From positions 67,397 to 131,396 of the forward strand of contig JBBRSB010000009.1 of NCBI GenBank assembly GCA_038245785.1: a stretch of 64,000 nucleotides of DNA. Reading direction: 5' to 3'. Below, piece by piece: positions 19,267-29,269 of this stretch; position 1 is the first letter of the stretch, and each line of letters starts with the position of its first letter. Both the position numbers and the translations under genes were made by a program. The stretch is from Gloeobacterales cyanobacterium. GTDB taxonomy: Bacteria > Cyanobacteriota > Cyanobacteriia > Gloeobacterales > PMM-0068. The notes beneath the pieces are model-generated. The model made no database searches, was not told the origin of the DNA, and saw only the letters and a list, made by a program, of their open reading frames with translations.

Positions 19267-20700
19267 TTATCGCTCATTAAACCACCAAGGATCGGCAACG
19301 GAATTTGTTTTCACCAAGAAAGCTTTTTTTCGAAGAAATCGCATCAAAGCCGCTGAGCCCATGCGTGAACTCCCTAAACCAGAGTATTTGAAAGAATTTT
19401 TTTCTCCCTCATAGATGAGGGCAGTAAGTCCTGCATCATTAATAGAGATAGCACCTGCATTGAGCTGTCTGGCAACTGCTAGCGCTTCTTGTTCTTCTCC
19501 GGCAAAGACTGCTGCACTCAGTCCATATGTGGTGTCATTGGCTAAGTTAATAGCTTCTTCTACTGTTGAAAAAGGCATTATGGGCATAATCGGGCCAAAG
19601 GTCTCCTCCGTCATCACTTTCATGGAGTGATCTACTTGAGTAAGTACCGTTGGACGACACCACCATCCTCCATCCCTCTCTTCTACTTTGCCGCCGCAGC
19701 GTACAACCGCCCCTTTTTCTCTAGCATCTAATAGATGTTCGCTAATAATGGCTGCTTGTCTCTCGGCGATAATTGGGCCGATTTCACCACTTTCAAGGGT
19801 CGGGTAGGCTAATTGTAAGCGTTCGGCTTTAGTAACCAGCTTATCTACGAACTTTTCAAAAATAGATTCTGCAACGTAAATGCGTTCAATCGAAAGACAC
19901 GACTGCCCTGTGTTAACTACAGAGCCCCACAAAATTGCTGATGTTGCTAATTCCAAATTAGCTGAAGACAGAACAATTGCGGGGTCTTTCCCTCCTAATT
20001 CCAGAAAAGCAGGAATAAAGCGCTTTGCTGCTGCGGCTGCAACTTTTTGCCCTGTTGCCACACTACCTGTAAAGCAGACTAAATCCACATATTCGATTAA
20101 AGCAGCACCCGTATCTCCTCCTCCCTCAATAAAGGTTAATACGTCTCTTAGAGCGGGAACACCATCGATTGCTGTCATCAGCGGTGCAACGAAACGAGAA
20201 GCAATCTCACTAGGCTTAACAATAACGGCACAACCTGCCAGCAATGCTGGAACGGTATCAAGAGTAGATAGTAATAGCGGAAAATTCCATGGGCTAATCA
20301 CCCCAACCAGGGGATAAGGAACGGAGGTTTGCTGTAGGTGAATAAAGGGAATAGCTGTATCTTTTTCAGATTCTTGCAACAGCTCTGGAGCTAACGCACA
20401 CCAGCGATCGATACTAGAGAGAAACGAATCAATTTCCAGGATCGAAATGGGCAATCTTCCCGTATCCTTTACTAACGCTTCAGTCAGGAGAGCACGCTGA
20501 GATAATACGGTTTGCTTCCACTGCTGTAACGCTACGATCCGACCTTCAACACCAATTTGCTGCCAGTGCATTTGTGCTTTACGCAAGCGGCCACATTGTT
20601 GTTCCAAGAGATTCAAAGACGGTGGAACAATGACGTAATCAAACTTTCCCGTTCGGGGGTTGCGGACTTCGATTGGTTCAGTGATTAGTTTCAGAGGCAT
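19267..20700 (-). CDS. aldehyde dehydrogenase family protein
   Basis: ISPWNFP, KPSE, FTGS, LELGGKDP, catalytic GQSC, EETFGP. Confidence 0.95.
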   Translation of the reverse strand: MPLKLITEPIEVRNPRTGKFDYVIVPPSLNLLEQQCGRLRKAQMHWQQIGVEGRIVALQQWKQTVLSQRALLTEALVKDTGRLPISILEIDSFLSSIDRWCALAPELLQESEKDTAIPFIHLQQTSVPYPLVGVISPWNFPLLLSTLDTVPALLAGCAVIVKPSEIASRFVAPLMTAIDGVPALRDVLTFIEGGGDTGAALIEYVDLVCFTGSVATGQKVAAAAAKRFIPAFLELGGKDPAIVLSSANLELATSAILWGSVVNTGQSCLSIERIYVAESIFEKFVDKLVTKAERLQLAYPTLESGEIGPIIAERQAAIISEHLLDAREKGAVVRCGGKVEERDGGWWCRPTVLTQVDHSMKVMTEETFGPIMPIMPFSTVEEAINLANDTTYGLSAAVFAGEEQEALAVARQLNAGAISINDAGLTALIYEGEKNSFKYSGLGSSRMGSAALMRFLRKKAFLVKTNSVADPWWFNER

Positions 20701-20725
20701 TAAGTCCCCATTTTTCAGTTGTTGG

Positions 20726-21772
20726 TCAAATGAGCCCCAGATTAGATAAACGATCGATAGTTGCTTGCTGTGTTTGGAGGAAGTGTTTGCGGTCTACTTC
20801 TTTGTCCAGCATAGTGTTGGCTGGATAAAAATGCGACTGGCTGTAGCTTTCTGCATAGAGCTCAAAACGCTGGCGAGCAAGTAAATTATTCAACCCTGGT
20901 CGACGGCGGTAGCGGCGTAGAGCAGCCAAGTCAATTTCTGCAAATGCTGCCATACTCTCGCCTGTAGCGGTCTCTGCTAAAACGAGTCCGCGATAGTCAA
21001 TAATTTTAGAGCCACCATCGGCAGAAGCAATGGGGATGGGGATATTGGTAATGCCTGCTGTATTTGCTGAAACTAGGTATCCCATATTTTCCGCTGCACG
21101 GGCAATCTTGGCCGCTTCTTTAGGCGAGCGCTCTTTGCCATACACTTCTGAGGTGGAGTGCAAGAAAATTTCTGCACCGCGCATGGCCAGACAGCGTGCG
21201 ACTTCTGGATACAAAATCTCTTCTGAGGCTAGAGCTGCCAAATTTCCGATTGCCGTCTTGGCAACGGGGAAAACACCCTCTAAGCCGTAGCAGTCCAAAT
21301 ACTGAGCCCAGACATCATGAGGGGTTGGGGCAAACATAGAATTTAATCGTCGATAGCGCAACACAACCGAGCCACTAGGGTCGATGACGAAGCAGGTTTG
21401 AAAGTACAATCCTGGAAAGTTAGGGTCGAGTTCGTAGGCGTTGCCGGCTAGAAAGATACTGTGTTTTTGGGCAATTTTGCCGAGTGATTCATACTCAGTA
21501 CCCGCCATTTCCAAACAAGCTTTTTCCGCCCAGCCAGTTAGTGATTCGCCTAGGGGAAAGCCCGTAAGGAAATATTCTGGCAGTACGATTAAGCGGCAGT
21601 CAGAGCCAATAAAAGCAATACTGGCAGCAATTTGTTGGGCCAAGCGGTCGATCGTTTTTTGCATCCAAGAACGGGCTTCGGCGCGATCGCGGGCCTGATT
21701 TACGGCATTACAGGTTACCTGGAGTGCTAAGGCCCGGAATGAGTCGATGGTATTAGCTTCCATAGCGTTCAC
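20726..21772 (-). CDS. nitrilase-related carbon-nitrogen hydrolase (non-canonical triad)
   Basis: LIVLPEY, IDP.G....RYRR, PVAKT.IGNL, PE.ARCLA.RGAE, GGSKIID..G. Confidence 0.85.
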   Translation of the reverse strand: MNAMEANTIDSFRALALQVTCNAVNQARDRAEARSWMQKTIDRLAQQIAASIAFIGSDCRLIVLPEYFLTGFPLGESLTGWAEKACLEMAGTEYESLGKIAQKHSIFLAGNAYELDPNFPGLYFQTCFVIDPSGSVVLRYRRLNSMFAPTPHDVWAQYLDCYGLEGVFPVAKTAIGNLAALASEEILYPEVARCLAMRGAEIFLHSTSEVYGKERSPKEAAKIARAAENMGYLVSANTAGITNIPIPIASADGGSKIIDYRGLVLAETATGESMAAFAEIDLAALRRYRRRPGLNNLLARQRFELYAESYSQSHFYPANTMLDKEVDRKHFLQTQQATIDRLSNLGLI

Positions 21773-21847
21773 GGGGAGAACTCAGTATGCTTACCTTATG
21801 ATAAATCTGATTACCGAACGAGAAAGCACTTTTTACCCATTTATCTT

Positions 21848-22873
21848 ATGACCCAGCAACGATTGACTTCGATTGAAGGTATCTACGAGGTATGTATTGG
21901 CGTTCAAGAACCAATCTCTGCCATTCAATATTGGGAGCAATTTGGCTATCGCATTGATCGCGTGGGTGAATTATCATCCTCCTCAGCCAAGCAATTATAT
22001 GGGGTAAATTCTTCTTTACGCTCGATTCGCCTCGCTCACCAAAATGCAGATCATGGTTTGATCCGTTTGATGGTTTGGCAAAACCCGACAAATGAGGGTT
22101 TGGGGATGGGATCGATGAAAGTTAAGGGCAATCGCTGGGCAACAACCCTAACTGCAGATATGTTGAATATTTTAAATCATGTTGAAGAGGCTGCTAAAGC
22201 GGGATTGTCTATTAAATATACAAATCCACACTGGGAAATTATCTACAACAAGGAGCGGAAAAGCCGTCCTTTCATCGAGCCAGCTATTGGGGTCCGAGAA
22301 ATGTTGGTACTGCAACCCTTGGCGAGACAAGTTCTATTTCAACGGTTTGGCTATACACTGCCCTATTATGGACAAATCGACGAAAACGCATCTTTTAAAA
22401 CTAGCCAATTTACGCACATGGGCCTGGTAATTCAGGATGATAGTAAAGAAATGCTCAAGTTTTATGAAGAAGTTTTGGGCTTACTGCGGGTGCGAGACGA
22501 TGTTGAAACTAGCTATGAATCCTCACTAGCAGGTCGAGAAATTTTCGATCTAAAACCTGGTGAAAAGTTTTTCGTTACTGCCTTTGATAATCCGCAATCA
22601 TCACAAACAGAACTGTTTTCAGCACGTTCTGGCAGACTCTACATCATCAAATTTCCCGATTCTCTAAAGCTAGAATCGCAGTTTGAACAGGCGCAACCTG
22701 GCTGCTTAGGAATGTGTTTGTATACCTACCGCGTGCAAGGACTTGAAGTATATTGTAAGCGCATTAAAGCAACTCAGGCGAAAAATATTACTGATATAGT
22801 CAGCAATGAGTTTGGGGAAAAGAGTTTTTCCTTTATTGCACCAGATGGTTATTTTTGGACTTTAGTCGCATAA
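21848..22873 (+). CDS. VOC/glyoxalase superfamily protein
   Basis: Repeated beta-alpha-beta-beta-beta pattern: H.GLVI, FYEEVLGL, C-terminal F.APDG.FW. Confidence 0.75.
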   Translation: MTQQRLTSIEGIYEVCIGVQEPISAIQYWEQFGYRIDRVGELSSSSAKQLYGVNSSLRSIRLAHQNADHGLIRLMVWQNPTNEGLGMGSMKVKGNRWATTLTADMLNILNHVEEAAKAGLSIKYTNPHWEIIYNKERKSRPFIEPAIGVREMLVLQPLARQVLFQRFGYTLPYYGQIDENASFKTSQFTHMGLVIQDDSKEMLKFYEEVLGLLRVRDDVETSYESSLAGREIFDLKPGEKFFVTAFDNPQSSQTELFSARSGRLYIIKFPDSLKLESQFEQAQPGCLGMCLYTYRVQGLEVYCKRIKATQAKNITDIVSNEFGEKSFSFIAPDGYFWTLVA

Positions 22874-22920
22874 AGTCAAAAGCGTAGATTGAACGCACTA
22901 TCTTGCAAACTCTTGATCTC

Positions 22921-23751
22921 TTATCTTCCGAAAGACGCATCTTCTTCTGCTATGGGAAGGGGGAAAGTCTCCCCAGCTAAATAAGCATCAAAGTGCTTTT
23001 GAAAATACACCCATGAGGTAATATCTTCTCCCTCTAATAAAGCTAGGGGAGCATTTTTATATAGAGGCACGCGAGTATTAATTTCATCCTGAAGCAGCTG
23101 TGGTAATTCAGTAACCCCGCTGACTTTAGATCCATAGGCGCTGTAAATTAGTTGACCAGGGCGATCGCCCATTTTCATCCAAGGAACCCAGGGACCAATC
23201 CGATCCCAGCAAAGCTTTAATTTAGAAACCGAGATAATTTCAGGATTCAACAGTTCTTCAGTCGGAACTGTTATTTTAAACAACTCAGCTGCCTGATAAT
23301 TTGGATTTGAACTGTACTCAGCAAATTTTGGCTCTGTGGCAAGAGGATTAGGGTAATTAGAAAATATATCGAACACAAAAGTTGTATTGTCTTCATCCAC
23401 ATATGCGGGAAACTTGCCCTTAAAGCAGCCCTGCACGGGATTATTAGCAATGTGCATCACCGTTAGTGACTCTCCCGTCCATGGATTCTCCCACTTCCGC
23501 AAAATTTCCCCCGTTTCTGGGTGAAGGTAGTAAGTCAATTCTCTAGAGGTAAAATCCCAACTACCTTCTTCTGTGGGAATACACCGGCTAACACTCACAC
23601 CTACCATCTTAAAAAGGCGATTTCTCTTTTCACCTGGGACAAAAGCATAAATTGAACCTGTCCAGGTCAGGAAGCTGGATTGGTTTTGATCGAGGGATGA
23701 GCGTGTTTTTACCCATTGTTGTGCATCCAAGTCTTGAATTTTGGCAACCAT
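22921..23751 (-). CDS. DUF1838 family protein
   Basis: W.G.IYA.VPGE...LF...G, SREL.YYL.P.TGE.L..W.NP.TGE...V.H.ANNPV, W.R..PW.PWMKMG. Confidence 0.8.
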   Translation of the reverse strand: MVAKIQDLDAQQWVKTRSSLDQNQSSFLTWTGSIYAFVPGEKRNRLFKMVGVSVSRCIPTEEGSWDFTSRELTYYLHPETGEILRKWENPWTGESLTVMHIANNPVQGCFKGKFPAYVDEDNTTFVFDIFSNYPNPLATEPKFAEYSSNPNYQAAELFKITVPTEELLNPEIISVSKLKLCWDRIGPWVPWMKMGDRPGQLIYSAYGSKVSGVTELPQLLQDEINTRVPLYKNAPLALLEGEDITSWVYFQKHFDAYLAGETFPLPIAEEDASFGR

Positions 23752-23883
23752 TGATAGATAAATTCCTTAGTATCTAAATAACTTTATCGGTTAGCCCGAC
23801 GGGGTGACAAGTCAGGTCAAAAAGTTTATGCAATTATCGGACGCAACAAAACCCACGCAGAATCTCTAGAGCACAGAACTACC

Positions 23884-23933
23884 CCTCAGTCCTTCGAGAT
23901 AGCCTCCAAGGGAGCTATCTCGAAGGACTGAGG
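23884..23933. terminator. 20-bp perfect stem-loop at the 3' end of the di-heme cytochrome gene
   Basis: CCTCAGTCCTTCGAGATAGC / GCTATCTCGAAGGACTGAGG, starting 7 bp past the stop codon; no clear U tail. Confidence 0.6.
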
Positions 23934-23940
23934 AGTTGAG

Positions 23941-26073
23941 CTAAGGGGCTTCTAGGAAGTTAGGCAAGGGAGCCCCACCTTTCTTACCTACCACAGGAAT
24001 CTCGATCAGCTGATCAGTTGCTTGGCCCGTTCCATCATTGGTCACCGAGGATGGATCTCCAGGATGTCCAGCAGGAATGAATAACTGTGGGTGATCGAAG
24101 GGTTCTCTTTGATAGCGAACGCGCTCATCGGTCAAACTTACAAGGAATGCAACTAGCGCATCTTTGTCGTCTTCGGTGAGTTCTAGGTTTTTGATATCCG
24201 CATCTAGATTGTTGATGTTTTGCTCGTGGAAATCGCCCCCGCGATTATAGAATTCAACCACCTGGCGCAAAGTAAGTTTGCCTCCATTGTGAAAATAGGG
24301 GGCCGTCAGCTCGATATTGCGCAGACCAGGGACCTTGAAAGCGCCATCCACAGACACTCTTTCCGAGGAGCTAAAGGGCCCTGAAGGGATATTCTCACCC
24401 GAACGAGCCTTGATAATCGGAGGTGAAAAGGTACCTTCAGCAATTTTCTTTTGCCAGTATCTGGAGAAAGACAGCGGATTGCCAAAGGGGTCCTGGCCGC
24501 CTACGCCAAGGTCATCTTCCGTTGGCCTGACCCCGATGTTATAGAAGCCGTTATCGTAAACGGCAATGCCACGGTCACCCATAATCATGCGTTCGATTTT
24601 CTCGTTTTCCACGTTTTTAACCGAAGCATTCGTAAACTCTCCACCCCCGTGGCAATTGAGACATTTGGCTTTCCCGGCAAAGAGGTCTTTGCCTTTGAGT
24701 TGCTGGGCCGTCAGAGCATTACTATTTCCCTTCTTCCCTTTACCCTCCTGACTGTCCATGTACTGGTCGAAAGGCGAATCATCGGAAACTAAGGTCGCCT
24801 CATAGGCCTGAATAGCCAGTCCCATGAAGAGAGAGAAGTTATAGTCCATCAGGGTGAACTGGTCTCCAGTTAACTGACCAGCATCGGTTACCCCATCGAT
24901 GTCTTTCTTCTTTCCTACACTACTGACAAAGGTCTTGTTTCCACTAGCATCGACATTGATCAAGGTGTCAGATTTCCACCACTCATCTTTGAAGGCTTTC
25001 TTAACCAGATCCGCATAGTTTGCTTTGAGGCCTGGAGTAGGATACTGACTGGTGGAGCCCAAAACACTGTCATCTTTAGCAACCAGCTGTTTTCCGAGAG
25101 GCACCAATAAACGCAGCTTTTTAGCTTTCTTTTTAGGGGTTCCTGCTCCTCCAGGATTCACCTTTTGACCTACATCGGGGAAAGTACGCCCCGTTCCTGA
25201 TTCTTCAACAGCACTAAGGGGTGGCCCTACGGCTTGTGAAGCCAGAGATGAATTGTTGATGCGAACTCTGACCGCTTCTAATTGTCCCTTCTTCGCTTCT
25301 TTGAGAACCATAGCGTTAGGGTCTCGATCGCCAAAGGGATTTACGCCATTAAATTCGTTTTGAGCGCGCCCATCCCAGAAGTTTCGATAGTTAAACACGG
25401 CATTGATTACATTCGGTGCCTGACGTCCCGTTACTTGGCGAACATTCGTACCATTGATGTTGAAAATGGGATCCTGGACGACAGTGGTGTCATCCTTGGC
25501 ACTTCCAGGGATAATATCATTGAATTTAGTAGTAAAAACTCCATGGGAACCTGTTACATCGTTACTATCCGCTAGAACCGCAGAAGAGCGATTATTGGGG
25601 TCTGATAGTTTGTGAAAGGGATAGTCGGCCTCTGTTAACTGATAGTTGAGCCCTTTGTCTACGGTATCATCAGGGCCTGGATGTAGCTGGTGCTTGGAAC
25701 GACTATCGGTTCCAGCATGGAAGTGACAGGAAGCACAGGACATAGTTCCATCACTGCCAACCTGCATATCCCAAAATAAGGCCTTTCCCAAAGCAATTGC
25801 ATTCTTCTCATCTTTTATGAAATCCTTGAGGTTTTCAGGCTGAGGGATTGAGACTGTTTTGAGGGAAGCTAGCGGCTGAGAAGGAGCGGCGGCTCCTGGG
25901 TCTATCTGCGCCGAAACATAGCGTCCGATGAACGTTGCTCCTGCCAATATGGTGACAATAATCGCGCCCCGTCTTACTGCTTTTGAAAACTCGGCGTTCT
26001 CCTGAATTTCTCCCGACGAACTATCTACAAATCGATTTTGGAATTGCCAATTTTTCGGCCACTTGAATGCCAT
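23941..26073 (-). CDS. di-heme cytochrome c peroxidase/MauG superfamily protein, exported
   Basis: Two CxxCH motifs (CASCH, CLNCH), LGKALFWD, FWDGRA, FKVPGLRN, TAPYFHNG; N-terminal hydrophobic anchor. Confidence 0.92.
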   Translation of the reverse strand: MAFKWPKNWQFQNRFVDSSSGEIQENAEFSKAVRRGAIIVTILAGATFIGRYVSAQIDPGAAAPSQPLASLKTVSIPQPENLKDFIKDEKNAIALGKALFWDMQVGSDGTMSCASCHFHAGTDSRSKHQLHPGPDDTVDKGLNYQLTEADYPFHKLSDPNNRSSAVLADSNDVTGSHGVFTTKFNDIIPGSAKDDTTVVQDPIFNINGTNVRQVTGRQAPNVINAVFNYRNFWDGRAQNEFNGVNPFGDRDPNAMVLKEAKKGQLEAVRVRINNSSLASQAVGPPLSAVEESGTGRTFPDVGQKVNPGGAGTPKKKAKKLRLLVPLGKQLVAKDDSVLGSTSQYPTPGLKANYADLVKKAFKDEWWKSDTLINVDASGNKTFVSSVGKKKDIDGVTDAGQLTGDQFTLMDYNFSLFMGLAIQAYEATLVSDDSPFDQYMDSQEGKGKKGNSNALTAQQLKGKDLFAGKAKCLNCHGGGEFTNASVKNVENEKIERMIMGDRGIAVYDNGFYNIGVRPTEDDLGVGGQDPFGNPLSFSRYWQKKIAEGTFSPPIIKARSGENIPSGPFSSSERVSVDGAFKVPGLRNIELTAPYFHNGGKLTLRQVVEFYNRGGDFHEQNINNLDADIKNLELTEDDKDALVAFLVSLTDERVRYQREPFDHPQLFIPAGHPGDPSSVTNDGTGQATDQLIEIPVVGKKGGAPLPNFLEAP

Positions 26074-26539
26074 CTAATAATTCTCCAAACTATTTCTATG
26101 AATGAGAATCTTGTTCCCTATGTTTATGCCCTAGGAAACAGTTAATTGCACAAATTAATTGCTAAGCCTGAATACTTCTGATTTTGAGATTTATCTGTTC
26201 AAATTTATAAAGTGCGCTCCTAATGCTTAGATTTTGAGCGTAATATACTACGGATATAATCTGTGCATCTATCAGTATTTGCACGCAAAGCTAGTGTACC
26301 TTTTTTGTCTTTTTCTCATCATTCTTAATGATGTTTGGCAGCTTAGATACGCATGAAGGAGTAAATGGTATCAAGGTTAACAGAACAACAGCTCAAGCCC
26401 CCCTAGGTGCAATATTTTCATTAAGTCAATGATGGGAAATCGCTAAATATCTTAACTACTTCTCTGGAGGTTACATAGACTTTTTGAGAAGATTAAAGGT
26501 ACTAACTAGGACTCTTTTCATAACCAGAATTTAACCTGT

Positions 26540-27226
26540 TTATCTATGAGTCAACTGCGCAACAGCCATAGAAGAATTCGAGCTGCGAGAAACAGAATGG
26601 GCATAGATAGCTAACTGGGACCGATTCCGGAAATTTAGGCGGCTCAGAAGATGGGTGACATGGGTTTTAACGGTTCCTTCTGAAATATAGAGCTGCTGGG
26701 CGATATCTCGATTAGTAGAACCATCAGCAATGAGATGCAGTACATCGTGTTCTCGTGGAGTCAGTTGCACTAAGTTTTTCGAAATGTTCCCTGGGCTACT
26801 GGTATGAGAGTCTTGGACATTGGCGATCAATTTTTCCATCAGCCCTGGGCCTAACTGCGTGTAGCCACTGTGAACCAATCGAATCGCCTGGGCCAACTCT
26901 TCCGAGGGCATGTCTTTGAGCAAATAGCCTTTGGCTCCTGCGCGCATAACTTTGGTGAGGGATTGGTCATCATCAAAGGTGCTCAAGATCAATACCTTAG
27001 TCTCTGGAAACTGTTGGCAAATGAACTGAGTGGCTACGCTACCGTCCATCACGGGCATTCGCATATCCATCAACACTACATCGGGTTGTAAAATTGCTAC
27101 TTGCTCAAGGGCTACTTCGCCGTTAGGGGCACTCCCTACTACTGTTAAATCGGCTTCTAGCTCTAGCAGGGCCTTTAGTCCATGTAGAATCAGACTTTGG
27201 TCGTCTACTAAGAGAAGACGAATCAT
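26540..27226 (-). CDS. NarL/FixJ-family response regulator (REC + LuxR HTH); no adjacent kinase
   Basis: LLVDD, DVVLMD.RMP, GYLLK, LTPRE..VL, TVKTHV. Confidence 0.95.
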   Translation of the reverse strand: MIRLLLVDDQSLILHGLKALLELEADLTVVGSAPNGEVALEQVAILQPDVVLMDMRMPVMDGSVATQFICQQFPETKVLILSTFDDDQSLTKVMRAGAKGYLLKDMPSEELAQAIRLVHSGYTQLGPGLMEKLIANVQDSHTSSPGNISKNLVQLTPREHDVLHLIADGSTNRDIAQQLYISEGTVKTHVTHLLSRLNFRNRSQLAIYAHSVSRSSNSSMAVAQLTHR

Positions 27227-27432
27227 GAGAGAACCTCCTATATGGGCATTTCAACATTTCATTTCCTCAAAATAGATAGCCAAATCTAAGATTGAGGTCA
27301 GGCAATCGCGAGTTGTGTTCTAGATACGCTGCAGGAGACTACATCGATCACTCCAAGAAATAAGCGCTTTATCCGAAATATCTAGCCAAGCAATGTGTTG
27401 CTGGCTTAGAGCTTCATAGGACAGAAAAAAAG

Positions 27433-28719
27433 ATGACGAAACAGCTTTGGACGCGACGGAATTTTGGACGTGTAGCCATGGGCGCTTCCTTAGGTCCTTA
27501 TATTTGGGCACAGGGAGCTTTGGCCCAAAACAAACTGGAGAAACAAGACTTAACCATCGGATTTATTCCGATGACAGACTGTGCCCCTCTGGTCATTGCC
27601 TCTCTCAAAGGCTTTTTTAAAAACAACGGCCTCAATGTTCAGTTATCGAAGGAACCCGGCTGGGCGGCCACGCGCGATGGGGTTATTCAAGGCCGTTTAG
27701 ATGCTACCCATGCTTTAGCCGGAATGCCGCTTAGTGTTCAACTGGGTTTGGAAGGAACGGCCCCTGCCCCTATGGTGACAGCGGTTTGCCTCAGTCTCAA
27801 TGGCAATGCCATCACCTTTTCCAAGCGATTGAGTCAGGCAGGCGTTACAACCGGCCCCGCTCTTAAGCAATATCTGAAGACAGGCAAGACCCTAACCGGT
27901 TCTATGGTCTTTGCCTCTTCTATGTACAACTACACGCTCCGCTATTGGCTGGCCCATCACGGCATCAATCCAGATAAAGATCTGCGTCTAATTACGCTAC
28001 TCCCAGCGCAGCAGTTTACGAACTTACAAGCGGGCAACTTAGATTTCTTCTGTGTCACAGAGCCCTGGAATCAGCGAGCCGTTTACGAAAAGATTGGTTT
28101 TACCGTGATCGCAGACCGGGATATTTGGACAGGGCATAGTGAAAAAGTGCTTGCGGTAATGGAACCTTGGGCTAAGGCCTACCCTAATACCCATAGGGCT
28201 TTGGTTCAGTCACTCATCCAAGCCTGCCAGTACTGTGATGACCCCAAAAACCGTCTGGAGGTGGCCGAGCTGATTGCTGCCAAGCCCTATCTCAATGCCA
28301 AGCCAGAGTACGTGGGTCCTGCCTTGCTGGGGAAATATGACTATGGCGGCTTCGATAGCAGCGGCAACCTCACTAAGAACGTTAAAACGATGGAAGATTT
28401 TTTTGTTTTCTACCGCAACGCAGCCACGCCCTATCTAACGGGAAACAATACGGCGACCTATCCTTGGAAATCTCATGGCATGTGGATTTTGACCCAGATG
28501 GCTCGTTGGGGTCAAATTCCTGAGATCCCCAAAGATGCCGAACAATTGCTCCAACGGGTTTACCGCACCGATGTTTATCGCTCAGCCGCCACAGAGATGG
28601 GGATCAATTCTCCTAAGGAAGAGTACAAAATCGAACGCGGATTCATAGACAAACGCCCTTTTGATCCGAGTAATCCCTTGGCCTACCTCAGGAGTTTTGA
28701 CATCGCCACGAAGGGTTAA
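27433..28719 (+). CDS. CmpA/NrtA-family ABC substrate-binding protein with Tat signal
   Basis: TRRNF twin-arginine motif, GFIPMTDCAPL, LRYWLA..GI.P, EPWN.RA, W.GH.EK, QMARWG. Confidence 0.9.
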   Translation: MTKQLWTRRNFGRVAMGASLGPYIWAQGALAQNKLEKQDLTIGFIPMTDCAPLVIASLKGFFKNNGLNVQLSKEPGWAATRDGVIQGRLDATHALAGMPLSVQLGLEGTAPAPMVTAVCLSLNGNAITFSKRLSQAGVTTGPALKQYLKTGKTLTGSMVFASSMYNYTLRYWLAHHGINPDKDLRLITLLPAQQFTNLQAGNLDFFCVTEPWNQRAVYEKIGFTVIADRDIWTGHSEKVLAVMEPWAKAYPNTHRALVQSLIQACQYCDDPKNRLEVAELIAAKPYLNAKPEYVGPALLGKYDYGGFDSSGNLTKNVKTMEDFFVFYRNAATPYLTGNNTATYPWKSHGMWILTQMARWGQIPEIPKDAEQLLQRVYRTDVYRSAATEMGINSPKEEYKIERGFIDKRPFDPSNPLAYLRSFDIATKG

Positions 28720-28722
28720 AGT

Positions 28723-29187
28723 TTAGCTTTCTGGGGCTTCTGCTTCTGCCTCTTCTGGAGTAACTGGAGCTTCTTCTGCCGCGACTTCAGTCTCTTCAAC
28801 TTTCTCAGCTTCTTCAGTTTTCTCGACCTCAAGCTCTGGCTGAACGGTGACTTCAGCTTTAGGCGCTTCAGCCGCAGGACCAGACCCTGGTGTTCCAGGA
28901 TTCAAAGGACTCAAGCCAAGTTCAGTCATCAAACTGCGAACCGTATTGCTCGCTTCTAATCCCTGCGCTTTGTAGAGCGTAAAGCAGCGCTGCAAAAACA
29001 TTATGGCTTCGCGTTTATTAGACCAGCGCTCATCTCCCTCTTTCTTGGAGTAAAAGCTCTTGTATTCTTCTAACACAGCATCAGAACGAGTATCTCGGGC
29101 CACCAGCTTATACTCGCCTTTACCCTTTTGCTTAGAGACGCTGACAGGCACCAGAGAAATTTGATAGCGGGGGATGATAACTGTCAT
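28723..29187 (-). CDS. hypothetical protein with acidic disordered tail
   Basis: 154-aa ORF with a basic N-domain and an E/A/P-rich C-terminus. Confidence 0.7.
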   Translation of the reverse strand: MTVIIPRYQISLVPVSVSKQKGKGEYKLVARDTRSDAVLEEYKSFYSKKEGDERWSNKREAIMFLQRCFTLYKAQGLEASNTVRSLMTELGLSPLNPGTPGSGPAAEAPKAEVTVQPELEVEKTEEAEKVEETEVAAEEAPVTPEEAEAEAPES

Positions 29188-29269
29188 GATTCAACCTAAA
29201 TGAGTACACGGTTTACCAAAGAACACAGGGCACCTCAAAAACTGAACTCAAATCTAGTTCTCAAAGGGG

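Noticed and set aside
11556..27300. tRNA-anchored integrative island with attL/attR
   Set aside because: Accessory genes follow tRNA-Val, but I found no duplicate of the tRNA 3' end and no integrase
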